Assembly (NCBI GenBank): GCA_965242695.1
Contig: CBDESU010000001.1
Span: forward strand, 1,056,001 to 1,120,000
Direction of reading: 5' to 3'
From: Cenarchaeum sp.
GTDB lineage: Archaea > Thermoproteota > Nitrososphaeria > Nitrososphaerales > Nitrosopumilaceae
Length of the DNA: 64,000 bases
Part shown: one piece after another, positions 56,453 to 64,000 of the stretch
Position numbering within the stretch: position 1 is the stretch's first letter
Layout of the letters: the number at the start of each line of letters is the position of its first letter
The notes under the pieces: model-generated
Seen by the model: the letters and a program-made list of their open reading frames with translations, nothing else
Databases searched by the model: none
Told to the model about the DNA's origin: nothing
Program-made: the position numbers and the translations under genes

Positions 56453-57517
56453 GTGGACGGCGGCGCGGCCGGGGGCGCAGGGGAGGAAAGAGGCGGCAGG
56501 AGACCCCGCGTAATCGTCGCGTTCGGCACCGATCCCGATCGCAGGAACCTGGTGGAAATGACGTGGATCGACACCAAGGTCGATGGCATTGCCGCCTGCG
56601 AAGAGGCCGTCCGGCGCGACCCGGGCGGCGCGGGCGCGCGCATGGACCTCGCCGCGGCCCTGATCGGCGCCGGGCGGCGCGGCGATGCGCTCGCGGCGCT
56701 CGACGAGGCCGTTCGGATCGGCGGCGACGGCAGCGCTGACGCACATGCCATGCGCGGCGTCGTCCTCTTGATCGACCGCAAGAGGGCCGAGGCCGCGCGC
56801 GCATTCGAGGCCGCCGCCGCGGCCGACCCGGGCAGCGTCGCGGCCCGCATGGGATGCGGACTGGCCTGCCTGAAGCTGGGCCGGCGCGCCGATGCGATAG
56901 GGTCGTTCGGCGAGGCGGCGCGGCTCGATCCCGGCAGCGCGGATGCGCGGATCGGACTTGGCGGCGCGCTGGCCGAGGAGGGCCGCTACGCCGACGCCCT
57001 CGCGGCGCTCGACGGGGCCCTGCGGATCGACCCGGACAGCGTCCCTGCCCACGCAAAGAGGGGATACGCGCTGCTCGGCATGGACAGGCCCAAGAGGGCG
57101 CTTGCGGCGTTTACAAGGGCCGCCAGGCTCGAGCCCGGCCTGGCCATCGTCCACATTGGGAGGGGGCGCGCGCTGCTCGACGCGGACAGGCCCAAGAGGG
57201 CGCTTGCGGCGTACGCGAGGGCCGCGCGGCTGGACCCCGGCATCGCCGGTGCCCACCAGGGGCGCGCCGAGGCCCTGCACCGCCTCGGCCGCCACAAGAG
57301 GGCGCTTGCCGCCATCGACAGGGCCGCGGCCATTGATCCGCGCGAGGCCGGCGTTCACCTTGGGCGCGGCATCATACTGTGCAGCCTGGGGCGGATCGGC
57401 GAGGCCGTGTCCGAGTGCGAAGAGGCCGCCCGGCTCGACCCCGGCGACGAGAACGTTGCGGGGGAGCTCGCAGAGATGAGGCGGCTGGCGGCGAGCGCGC
57501 AGGCCGGCGGCGAGTAG
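56453..57517 (+). CDS. TPR protein 6
   Basis: TPR repeats; motif at 56416. Confidence 0.92.
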   Translation: MDGGAAGGAGEERGGRRPRVIVAFGTDPDRRNLVEMTWIDTKVDGIAACEEAVRRDPGGAGARMDLAAALIGAGRRGDALAALDEAVRIGGDGSADAHAMRGVVLLIDRKRAEAARAFEAAAAADPGSVAARMGCGLACLKLGRRADAIGSFGEAARLDPGSADARIGLGGALAEEGRYADALAALDGALRIDPDSVPAHAKRGYALLGMDRPKRALAAFTRAARLEPGLAIVHIGRGRALLDADRPKRALAAYARAARLDPGIAGAHQGRAEALHRLGRHKRALAAIDRAAAIDPREAGVHLGRGIILCSLGRIGEAVSECEEAARLDPGDENVAGELAEMRRLAASAQAGGE

Positions 57518-57752
57518 GGCGCCCGGCGCGCCCCGGCGCCGCCGTCCCGGCGCCGCCGCGGCCCGGCAGGGGCGGCATACCCCCGGCCGCGGGGCCCGTC
57601 CAGCCCAAAGGGGCCGCGCGCACGGGACGCGCCCGCGCAGGGGCCGTCACCCTCAGCCCCGCCCCGCGGAGAAAAGGCGGCCGGAACGCCGCGCCGCACT
57701 GCGCCCCCCATCCCCCGCACCGCATAAATCCGCCCCGTCCCCGCCCGCCCGC

Positions 57753-58781
57753 ATGGCGAGGGGCGTGAAGCGGAAAAGGGGAAAGAGGCCCCGCATAGTC
57801 GCCGGATTCAGCATCGACGCCGAGGGCAGGCGCCTGATGGAGGTGACGCTGATCGACACCATGGTGCCCAGCCTCGCCGCCTGCAAAAAGGCCGTCCGGC
57901 GCGACCCTGGCAGTGCGGACGCCCGCATGGACCTGGCCTCGGCCCTGATCGGCGCCGGGCGGCGCGGCGATGCGCTCGCCGCCGCCGACGGGGCCGTGCG
58001 GGTCGGCCCGGGAAACGCCGAGGCGCACGCCCTGCGCGGCGCCATCCTCGCAGCCTCCGACAAGGCAGGGGCCGCGCGCGCGTTCGAGGCCGCCATCGAG
58101 GCCGACCCCGACCACATCGGGGCCCACATGGGGCGGGCGATGGCATGCCTAAAGCTCGGGCGGCGCGCCGATGCGACAGGGTCGTCCGGCGAGGCGGTGC
58201 GGATCGACCCGGCGAGCGCGGATGCGCGGATCGGACTTGGCGGCGCGCTGGCCGAGGAGGGCCGCCACGCCGAGGCCCTCGCCGAGTACGACGAGGCCCT
58301 GCGGATCGACCCGGACAGCGCCGCGGCCCACGCAAGGAGGGGATACGCGCTGCTCAGCCTGGGCAGGACCAAGAGGGCGCTTGCGGCGTTTGCGAGGGCC
58401 GCCAGGCTCGAGCCCGGGCTGGCCGTCGTCCATGTTGGGAGGGGGCGCGCGCTGCTCGACGCGGACAGGCCCAAGAGGGCGCTTGCGGCGTGCACGAGGG
58501 CCGCGCGGCTGGTGCCGGACAGCGCCGATGCCCACCGCGGGCGCGCCGAGGCGCTCCACCGCCTGGGCAGGCACGAGAGGGCGCTTGCCGCCATCGACAG
58601 GGCCGTGGCCGCGGGGCCGCGCGTGGCTCTCGCCCGCCTTGTGCGCAGCACCATACTGTACAGCCTGGGCAGGAACGGCGAGGCCGTGTCCGAGTGCGAA
58701 GAGGCCGCCAGGATCGAGCCCGGCGACGAGAACGTTGCAAAAGCGCTCGCCGAGGCGAGGCGGCTGGCGGGGCGCTCGTAG
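57753..58781 (+). CDS. TPR protein 7
   Basis: TPR repeats; motif at 57715. Confidence 0.92.
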   Translation: MARGVKRKRGKRPRIVAGFSIDAEGRRLMEVTLIDTMVPSLAACKKAVRRDPGSADARMDLASALIGAGRRGDALAAADGAVRVGPGNAEAHALRGAILAASDKAGAARAFEAAIEADPDHIGAHMGRAMACLKLGRRADATGSSGEAVRIDPASADARIGLGGALAEEGRHAEALAEYDEALRIDPDSAAAHARRGYALLSLGRTKRALAAFARAARLEPGLAVVHVGRGRALLDADRPKRALAACTRAARLVPDSADAHRGRAEALHRLGRHERALAAIDRAVAAGPRVALARLVRSTILYSLGRNGEAVSECEEAARIEPGDENVAKALAEARRLAGRS

Positions 58782-59071
58782 GCGGGCCGTGCAGAGGCCG
58801 GGCTGCACGGGGGCCGAGCGGAGGCGCCCGGGCGCCGCCTCTGACGACGATGTGCGGACCATCCCGAGGCGGAAGCGGAATTCCTGCCGCCTCCCCTCCC
58901 TCCACCCTCCCCCGTTCCGCCGCGCGGGCGTTGGGAAGGACAACAAGGGGGGCGGCCAGCGCAGAGGCCTGCAGAGGGCAGGGCGCGTCCACGGCGCCGC
59001 GATCCTGCCGGCCTGCCGATGCACCTTGCATCCCCCCCCCTCCTTCCAACGCGGATCCCGCCGCGGCCTGT

Positions 59072-59553
59072 CTACTGGGCCTTGAACTTGCCCTGTATGT
59101 CGATGCAGAATGCGTCCGCCTCGCCGCCGCCGACGGGCAGATAGAGGATTCCCTGTTGCGGCGGAACAGCCTGATCGCAGGATCGTCGACGGGGCCGAGC
59201 ACGACGATGCGGCACCCGGCCCTCTTTGGCATGCAGACGGCCTCGCCGAGCGCCCATGTTAAGAAGTCGGCGGTCACACCCTCGTGGTTTTTGCCCGTGG
59301 TCAAGTAGGCGGCGAGGAGTGCCGGGATGTTGCCGCATCCCATTCCCTTCAGGGCAGGATCGCGGTCGGGGCGCAGGTGCGCTGCGGCTGCTGGCGGGCA
59401 GCCAAGGGCGCCGCCGCGCCCGTCGCCGCACATCCGTGCTCTGTTCAGCCCTTCATGCCGCTGTAGGAATCGACCCTGTAGTATTCGTGGAACTCGGCGT
59501 TGCAGCACTCGAATCTTGGATCGTGGACAGTGTCTGGAAGCACCGGCGAGATA
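59072..59553 (-). pseudogene. Frameshifted GNAT acetyltransferase (TacT/AtaT-like toxin)
   Basis: Pieces in different frames: FECCNAEFHEYYRVDS, NIPALLAAYL, LTWALGEA...GCRIVVL.PVDDPAIRLF, AFCIDI. Confidence 0.6.
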
Positions 59554-59733
59554 TTACGCCCCGGATGCCCGCCTGCGGCGCTCCTGGAACTCGTAGGGAC
59601 CTACTTTCGTTATGTGCCGGATGCGCTCCCGGGCCAGCTCGACGGCGCGAACCATCTCTGGTGTGGGCCCCTCTTTTAGCTGTTCTGCTAGCATGGCCCA
59701 CTGCTTGTCGCCGAGCGGCTCGACTTCCCTCAT
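59554..59733 (-). CDS. Small putative antitoxin upstream of the GNAT pseudogene
   Basis: 59 aa, abuts the GNAT gene; W...L..GPTP pattern reminiscent of the DUF1778/TacA C-terminus. Confidence 0.55.
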   Translation of the reverse strand: MREVEPLGDKQWAMLAEQLKEGPTPEMVRAVELARERIRHITKVGPYEFQERRRRASGA

Positions 59734-59839
59734 TGGCACGCCCGCTGGAAACCTGGCGGGATTATGTACATTGCCTTTTGGCGGCAGGCGAACGATCGCA
59801 GCTGGACAGGCCCCGCCGGACGGCCGCCGCGCCTCCGAT

Positions 59840-59936
59840 CTATAGTCACGAGCACGTGTTCTCGACGCTTTTTTTGCCGCATCGACGCCTAATCGATGCA
59901 CGTAAAAGTGTCAGAAACTTATGCTCGGGACTATAG
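59840..59936. mobile_element. 97-bp imperfect inverted repeat, MITE-like
   Basis: Arms CTATAGTCACGAGCA...GCATCGA and TCGATGC...TGCTCGGGACTATAG around a 7-nt loop. Confidence 0.55.
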
Positions 59937-60227
59937 CCGCCCGCATATCCTCCTCCTCCGATGCTGCCGCCGCGCCGCCCTCTTCCCGGCCGCGGCGATG
60001 CGCTTGCCGCGCTGGGCCGCCACGCCGAGGCGCAGGATGCCCGCGAAGCGGCCTCTCGCATCTCAAGCAATGCCGGCAACGACTAGCACCCCTGCCGCAT
60101 GGCGCACCCTGTCCACGTGCGATGGGGTATGCGCTCGCCATCCGCCGCACTTGAGGACAAACACGGCCACGCGGCGCTGCGCGGAAACCCCTCGGCGCGG
60201 CCATTCCAGCGGCCGGCGTCCCTCAAG

Positions 60228-60629
60228 TCAATACAGGGAATTCTCGCGCCAAGGCGTGGTATGCTCGATCACCTCGCCCGAGGCGATCATCTCCCTTATC
60301 TCGTCCTCGCTGTACTTTGATCCCAGGTTGCACGGATCAAACCGTATCGTGATGCGCTTAGGCCCCGTCTTTTGGCTCTCGTACATGAGTTCAGCGAGCT
60401 CGCGCGCCGAGAGGTTGCGGTCCTCCTGCGCCGGCAGGCTGCGCATGCCCGCCATCCCAGCGCCGTCCGCCCCGCCGCCCTCGCAGACGCTACCCTGCGG
60501 CGCGGCACCGGCCGCGCCCTCGGGCACGCCGCCAGTCGATGCCGGCGCGTCCTGCCCCGCTCCCGCCCCGCCGCGGGCATCGGCCGCGGGCGCCTCGGCC
60601 CCCGTGCTGCACCCTGCAGGCCTGTCCAT
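60228..60629 (-). CDS. 133-aa hypothetical protein, copy 1
   Basis: Three paralogues (ITIRFDPCNL.SKYSE.EIR.MI.SGEVIE.TTPWRE), each with CTTATATT about 25 bp upstream. Confidence 0.7.
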   Translation of the reverse strand: MDRPAGCSTGAEAPAADARGGAGAGQDAPASTGGVPEGAAGAAPQGSVCEGGGADGAGMAGMRSLPAQEDRNLSARELAELMYESQKTGPKRITIRFDPCNLGSKYSEDEIREMIASGEVIEHTTPWRENSLY

Positions 60630-61053
60630 GCGGGGTGGATATTCAACTCCAATATAAGGCCTGCCGTGCCCCGCCGGCGATCACCCTGTCGGCCTTGGCC
60701 GTGCATCGCCTGCAGTAGAATTGCGTGTGCGGTCGTACGTTGCAAAGATGGGCCGCACAGCCGCATGTGGACGGCCCGGCAGTCCCCGCGCTGCGCTGCT
60801 TGCGCCCGGTGTCGCGGCCGCGGCCGCGGCCGCCGCGCCTGCCTCCCGCGCCTCGCCCCAGATCTGCGGGTCGCGGCCGCAACCCTCGTGCGCGCCAGAA
60901 TTGCGGCGTCCAATCACGCGTCCCATTTCACAGGGTTCGCGCCAGCGGCAGCGCATGCGGCATGGCCGGCAGGGGCCGGGGCGGGCAGGGAGGGGGGCGC
61001 CCTGCGGCGGTCCGGACATCAACATCTGCGCTCGCACCCTAGAGTAATATGTA

Positions 61054-62037
61054 GTGCCGTCTTCGACCGCACTCGTGGCGCGGAAGAGGATATACGTGCG
61101 CGGCTCGGCCCGGTTGCCGCGGGTCAGCCTGTACGACATGTTTGTAAAGTTCTACCGGGCGCGCGTCAAGGCGGGCGACGGCGATCCGGACCACGCCGAC
61201 ATGGCGGTCGTCAGGTTCTCTACTACGCTCGAGCAGTCCGGCCGGCGCCTTTGGAAGGTTTACCTGGAGGGCCATCCAGACGACGAGACCGTCGAGGTGG
61301 TCGTGCAGCGCCACAATTTTGACCATGTGCGGCGCATGGCATGGGCCGAGCTGGTTGCAAGCAGCAAGAACATCTCTAGCACGGACGATCTGCGCTCGAT
61401 CCTTGACAAGTTGGGGATGGGCGCCGTCCTTGGCAAGAAAAGGGCGGCGGCGGCGGGCTCCACCATGAGCAGCCGGCACGGGGTCGTCCATGGCGCCGCA
61501 GACGCGGGCATCGACGTGGTCGATGCGTTCGGAGAGATCGAGCCGCTGATTCGCGACATGCTCTCGAACGACCTGGAGGCGCTGATCCAGATGGACCTTG
61601 CAAAGGCCCACGTGGCGGAGACGGTGCCTGGCAGCACGTGGTCGCCGCGCGAGTGCCACGAGGCGATCGTGGAGCGGTGCAGCAAAGCCAGGGGCGGCGA
61701 TCAAGCGCTGGTCCAGCGATCCATGGGCAGGTCGCTGGCTGCGCTGGAACGGGATGCAGAGGCCTTGGAGGCGTACACCCGCGCTGCCGAGATCAATCCG
61801 GAATACGCCGCCGCGCATGCCGGCCGCGGCGATGCGCTCTACGCGCTGGATCGGGATGCAGAGGCCTTGGAGGCGTACACCCGCGCTGCCGAGATCAATC
61901 CGGAATACGCCGCCGCGCATGCCGGCCGCGGCGATGCGCTCTACGCGCTGGATCGGGATGCAGAGGCCTTGGAGGCGTACACCCGCGCTGCCGAGATCAA
62001 TCCGGAATACGCCGCCGCGCATGCCGGCCGCGGCTAG
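61054..62037 (+). CDS. TPR protein with unique N-terminal domain, C-terminally truncated
   Basis: Three near-identical 102-bp TPR units at about 61750-62034; the missing tail (DALAALGRHGEAQDAHEAASRISSNAGND) survives at 62912-63001 and about 59995-60086. Confidence 0.75.
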   Translation: MPSSTALVARKRIYVRGSARLPRVSLYDMFVKFYRARVKAGDGDPDHADMAVVRFSTTLEQSGRRLWKVYLEGHPDDETVEVVVQRHNFDHVRRMAWAELVASSKNISSTDDLRSILDKLGMGAVLGKKRAAAAGSTMSSRHGVVHGAADAGIDVVDAFGEIEPLIRDMLSNDLEALIQMDLAKAHVAETVPGSTWSPRECHEAIVERCSKARGGDQALVQRSMGRSLAALERDAEALEAYTRAAEINPEYAAAHAGRGDALYALDRDAEALEAYTRAAEINPEYAAAHAGRGDALYALDRDAEALEAYTRAAEINPEYAAAHAGRG

Positions 62038-62185
62038 CGCCCCTGCCGCATGTAGTGCCTTGCCAGCGCGCGACATTCAGTGTGTTAGCTAGGCCGCCGT
62101 ACTGTAGGACGAGCACAGCCACACGGCGCCGCACGTAAACCCTCGGCGCTCGGCGCGGTCATTCCAGCGGCCGGCGTCCCTCAAG

Positions 62186-62587
62186 TCAAGACAGGGATCT
62201 CTCGCGCCAAGGCGTGGTATACTCGATCACCTCGCCCGATTCGATCATCTTCCTTATCTCGCTCTCGCTGTACTTTGATTCTAAGTTGCACGGATCAAAC
62301 CGTATCGTGATGCGCTTAGGCCCCGTCTTTCGGCTCTCGTACATGAGTTCAGCGAGCTCGCGCGCCGAGAGGTTGCGGCCCTCCTGCGCCGGCAGGCTGC
62401 GCCTGCCCGCCATCCCAGCGCCGTCCGCCCCGCCGCCCTCGCCGGTGCGGCCCTGCGGCGCGGCACTGGCCGCGCCATCGGGCACGCCGCCAGTCGATGC
62501 CGGCGCGTCCTGCCCGGCTCCCGCTCTGCCGCGGGCATCGGCAGCGGGCGCCTCGGCCCCCATGCCGCATCCTGCAGGCCTGTCCAT
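62186..62587 (-). CDS. 133-aa hypothetical protein, copy 2
   Basis: Paralogue of 60228-60629. Confidence 0.7.
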   Translation of the reverse strand: MDRPAGCGMGAEAPAADARGRAGAGQDAPASTGGVPDGAASAAPQGRTGEGGGADGAGMAGRRSLPAQEGRNLSARELAELMYESRKTGPKRITIRFDPCNLESKYSESEIRKMIESGEVIEYTTPWRERSLS

Positions 62588-62789
62588 GCCGGGCGGATAT
62601 TCCACTCCAATATAAGGCCTGCCCTTCCTAGCCGCGAGATCCCTGTCCTAGGGCGGCACGGCGAGGTCGCCTTGCGGCACCGCCGCATCCGGCGGCGGCG
62701 CGATCGGCGCCATGCCGCTGGCTGCAGAGGGAACCGCCACGGCGGCGGCACGGGGAATGAGGGTGCAGGGGAGTGGACAGGGACGGGCA

Positions 62790-63001
62790 ACGCGCATGCC
62801 GGCCGCGGCGGTGCGCTCTACGCGCTGGAACGGGATGCAGAGGCCTTGGAGGCGTACACCCGCGCTGTCGAGATCAACCCGGAATACGCCGCCGCGCATG
62901 CCGGCCGCGGCGATGCGCTTGCCGCACTAGGACGCCACGGCGAGGCGCAGGATGCCCACGAAGCGGCCTCTCGCATCTCAAGCAATGCCGGCAACGACTA
63001 G
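62790..63001 (+). pseudogene. C-terminal TPR fragment related to 61054-62037
   Basis: Near-identical DNA to the 102-bp unit plus the native stop. Confidence 0.7.
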
Positions 63002-63141
63002 CACCCCTGCCGCATAGTGCACCCTGTCCACGTGCGATGGGGTTTGCGCTCGCCATCCGCCGCACTGTAGGACAAACACGGCCACGCGGCGCCGCACGGA
63101 AACCCCTCACGCGGCCATTCCAGCGGCCAGTGTCCCTCAAG

Positions 63142-63543
63142 TCAAGACATGGATCTCTCGCGCCAAGGCGTGGTATACTCGATCACCTCGCCCGAGGCGA
63201 TCATCTCCCTTATCTCACTCTCGCTGTACTTTGATTCTAGGTTGCACGGGTCAAACCGTATCGTGATGTACCTAGGCTTCGTCTTTCGGTGTTCGCGTAC
63301 GCGCTCAGCGCGCTCGCGCGCCGAGAGGGTGCGGCGTCCTTGCGACTGCCGGCCATGCTTGCCCGCCATCCCAGCGCCGTCCGCCCCGCCGCCCTCGCAG
63401 GCGCTACCCTGCGGCGCGGCACCGGCCGCGCCATCGGGCACGCCGCCAGCCGATGCCGCCGCGTCCTGCCCTGCTCCCGCCCCGCCGCGGGCATTGGCCG
63501 CGGGCGCCTCGGCCTCCGCGCCGCATCCTGCAGGCCTGTCCAT
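63142..63543 (-). CDS. 133-aa hypothetical protein, copy 3
   Basis: Paralogue with a divergent middle segment (RERAERVREHRKTKPRY). Confidence 0.7.
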   Translation of the reverse strand: MDRPAGCGAEAEAPAANARGGAGAGQDAAASAGGVPDGAAGAAPQGSACEGGGADGAGMAGKHGRQSQGRRTLSARERAERVREHRKTKPRYITIRFDPCNLESKYSESEIREMIASGEVIEYTTPWRERSMS

Positions 63544-63652
63544 GCTGGGCGGATATTCCACTCCAATATAAGGCCTGCCCTGCCTAGCCGCGAGATCCCT
63601 GTCCTAGTGCGGCACGACGAGGCCGCCTTGTAGCACCGCCGCATCCGGGGCC

Positions 63653-63760
63653 GGCGCGATCGGCGCCGTGCCGCTGGGCTGTGGAGTGCCTGTACCAGGC
63701 GGCGGCCAACGGAGCGACATCCTAGGCGCGATCGGCGCCGTGCCGCCGGGCTGCGGAGGG
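63653..63760 (-). repeat. Putative ectopic CRISPR spacer integration 3: 36-bp duplication with 36-bp insert
   Basis: 63653-63688 and 63725-63760 (three mismatches); insert CCTGTACCAGGCGGCGGCCAACGGAGCGACATCCTA; paralogous site 62696-62731 has a single copy and no insert. Confidence 0.8.
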
Positions 63761-63869
63761 AACCGCCACGACATCGGCGGCACGGAGGACGAGGGTGCAG
63801 GGGATTGGACAGGGGCTGGCAGCGTGCATGCCCGCTGCGCGGCGGCGGAGGCGGGATGCGTCGGCCCGC

Positions 63870-63970
63870 TGCCAGCCCGAGGCGCCGGCAGAGAGATGGA
63901 AGGCGGGGGCCGGATCCTTCCCTCGGCCTGCCGCGGCCCGTCGAATATGTTCCAACCTGGATCGGCATTG
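63870..63970 (-). mobile_element. Remnant of the 3' end of the IS66-like element
   Basis: Matches window positions 1-72 and 152-185 (DPGWNIFDGP versus DPGWNILDGP). Confidence 0.6.
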
Positions 63971-64000
63971 GCAGGGGCCACGACGTCGTCCCTTCCTGTC

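Noticed and set aside
1-64000. tRNA or rRNA genes
   Set aside because: No recognisable cloverleaf or rRNA sequence.

Overview
GC-rich window, most likely archaeal (TATA-like boxes about 25 bp upstream of leaderless starts, ISH3-type IS elements, expanded TPR genes; a Nitrosopumilaceae/Cenarchaeum-like host is my inference). The core is a complete type I-G (formerly I-U) CRISPR-Cas locus on the minus strand: cas4/cas1 fusion, cas2, leader, a 23.7-kb array of roughly 330 36-bp repeats, cas3, short cas8g, csb1/cas7 and an unusually long csb2 with two Cas6-like domains. To its left are an IS66-like transposase interrupted by an ISH3-type IS, an Mrr-like nuclease and a second ISH3-type IS. To its right are seven TPR genes sharing an identical 20-bp promoter motif, a triplicated small gene coupled to an HExxH protein, a decayed GNAT toxin-antitoxin pair and repeated cassettes. 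The most striking signal lies outside the array: three separate sites (3971-4077, 48056-48162, 63653-63760) have a 36-bp target duplication flanking a 35-36-bp unique insert, which is exactly the repeat/spacer geometry of this array. Two targets resemble the CRISPR repeat in register, two insertions frameshift genes that become open when 71 bp is removed, and one has an empty paralogous site in the window. This looks like naturally fixed, frequent off-target spacer integration acting as an insertional mutagen.
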